A DNA stretch of 64,000 bases from a virus (taxonomy: Duplodnaviria > Caudoviricetes), in IMG/VR virus record IMGVR_UViG_3300028549_001457, positions 160,001 through 224,000 of that record. One strand, given 5' to 3'. Below, piece after piece: positions 63,721-64,000 of this stretch. Made by a program: the position numbers and the translations under genes. The stretch's first letter is position 1. Each line of letters begins with the position of its first letter. The notes beneath the pieces were generated by a model, which had not been told where the DNA came from, made no database searches, and was given only the letters and a program-made list of their open reading frames with translations.

Positions 63721-64000
63721 ATGGCGAACTGTGTGGCTGGGGGCACGTATATCATAACAGAGTCAGGATTCCATAAATTGAAGGATCTTTGGCCAGAGGA
63801 ACTTCCGCTTATTCCTGACACACTCCACACATTTCCCAAGCCTGTTAAAATAGCGACTGATTTGGGGCCTGGGGACGCTACCGAAATGTACTATGGAGGT
63901 CCCAGAAAAGTTCTTGTTATAAGCTTTTCAAGTGGGATAACTCTGTCCATGACGCCAGAGCACATCCTGAAAGTACCTTCTATTACAGAGGACCTCCATG
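63721..64000 (+). CDS. partial ORF beginning with an intein/Hint domain at residue 4
   Basis: MAN-CVAGGTYIITESG...EMYYGG...LSMTPEHIL; runs off the window end. Confidence 0.75.
   Translation, partial: MANCVAGGTYIITESGFHKLKDLWPEELPLIPDTLHTFPKPVKIATDLGPGDATEMYYGGPRKVLVISFSSGITLSMTPEHILKVPSITEDLH

Noticed and set aside
1-64000. CRISPR array
   Set aside because: No equal-length direct repeats with unique spacers; the periodicity comes from tRNA genes.
1-64000. Stop-codon reassignment (code 15 or 4)
   Set aside because: Conserved genes are uninterrupted in code 11, and TAG, TGA and TAA all end genes; no suppressor tRNA found.

Overview
64 kb of a large (jumbo/huge) tailed-phage genome, almost all on the + strand, standard genetic code. 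Left: replication and transcription genes (Toprim primase, dnaX with a 13x12 bp PIPT repeat, NusG-like, dNMP kinase) and a tail-fibre gene. Centre (12-43 kb): a translation-support region with about 49 tRNA genes covering all 20 amino acids, RNase P RNA, tmRNA, a group I intron in tRNA-Leu(UAA), a CCA-adding enzyme, a release factor with an RF2-type +1 frameshift, several HNH endonucleases and unannotated structured RNAs. Right: Ro60/TROVE, a YfiR-histidine kinase-response regulator operon, virion-like proteins, RNA ligase, and an intein-containing large terminase. Most notable: (1) a phage Ro60 with at least six Y-RNA-like genes sharing one scaffold but carrying different payload domains, two of them circularly permuted tRNAs with an internal NCCA; (2) a shared N-terminal MLKVS(R/K)ILxA tag on nine unrelated proteins or domains, including the CCA enzyme and RNA ligase, suggesting capsid-delivered tRNA repair; (3) an ECF-type bipartite promoter repeated at 11 sites. 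All calls are from manual reading of motifs and base pairing; no database searches were run.
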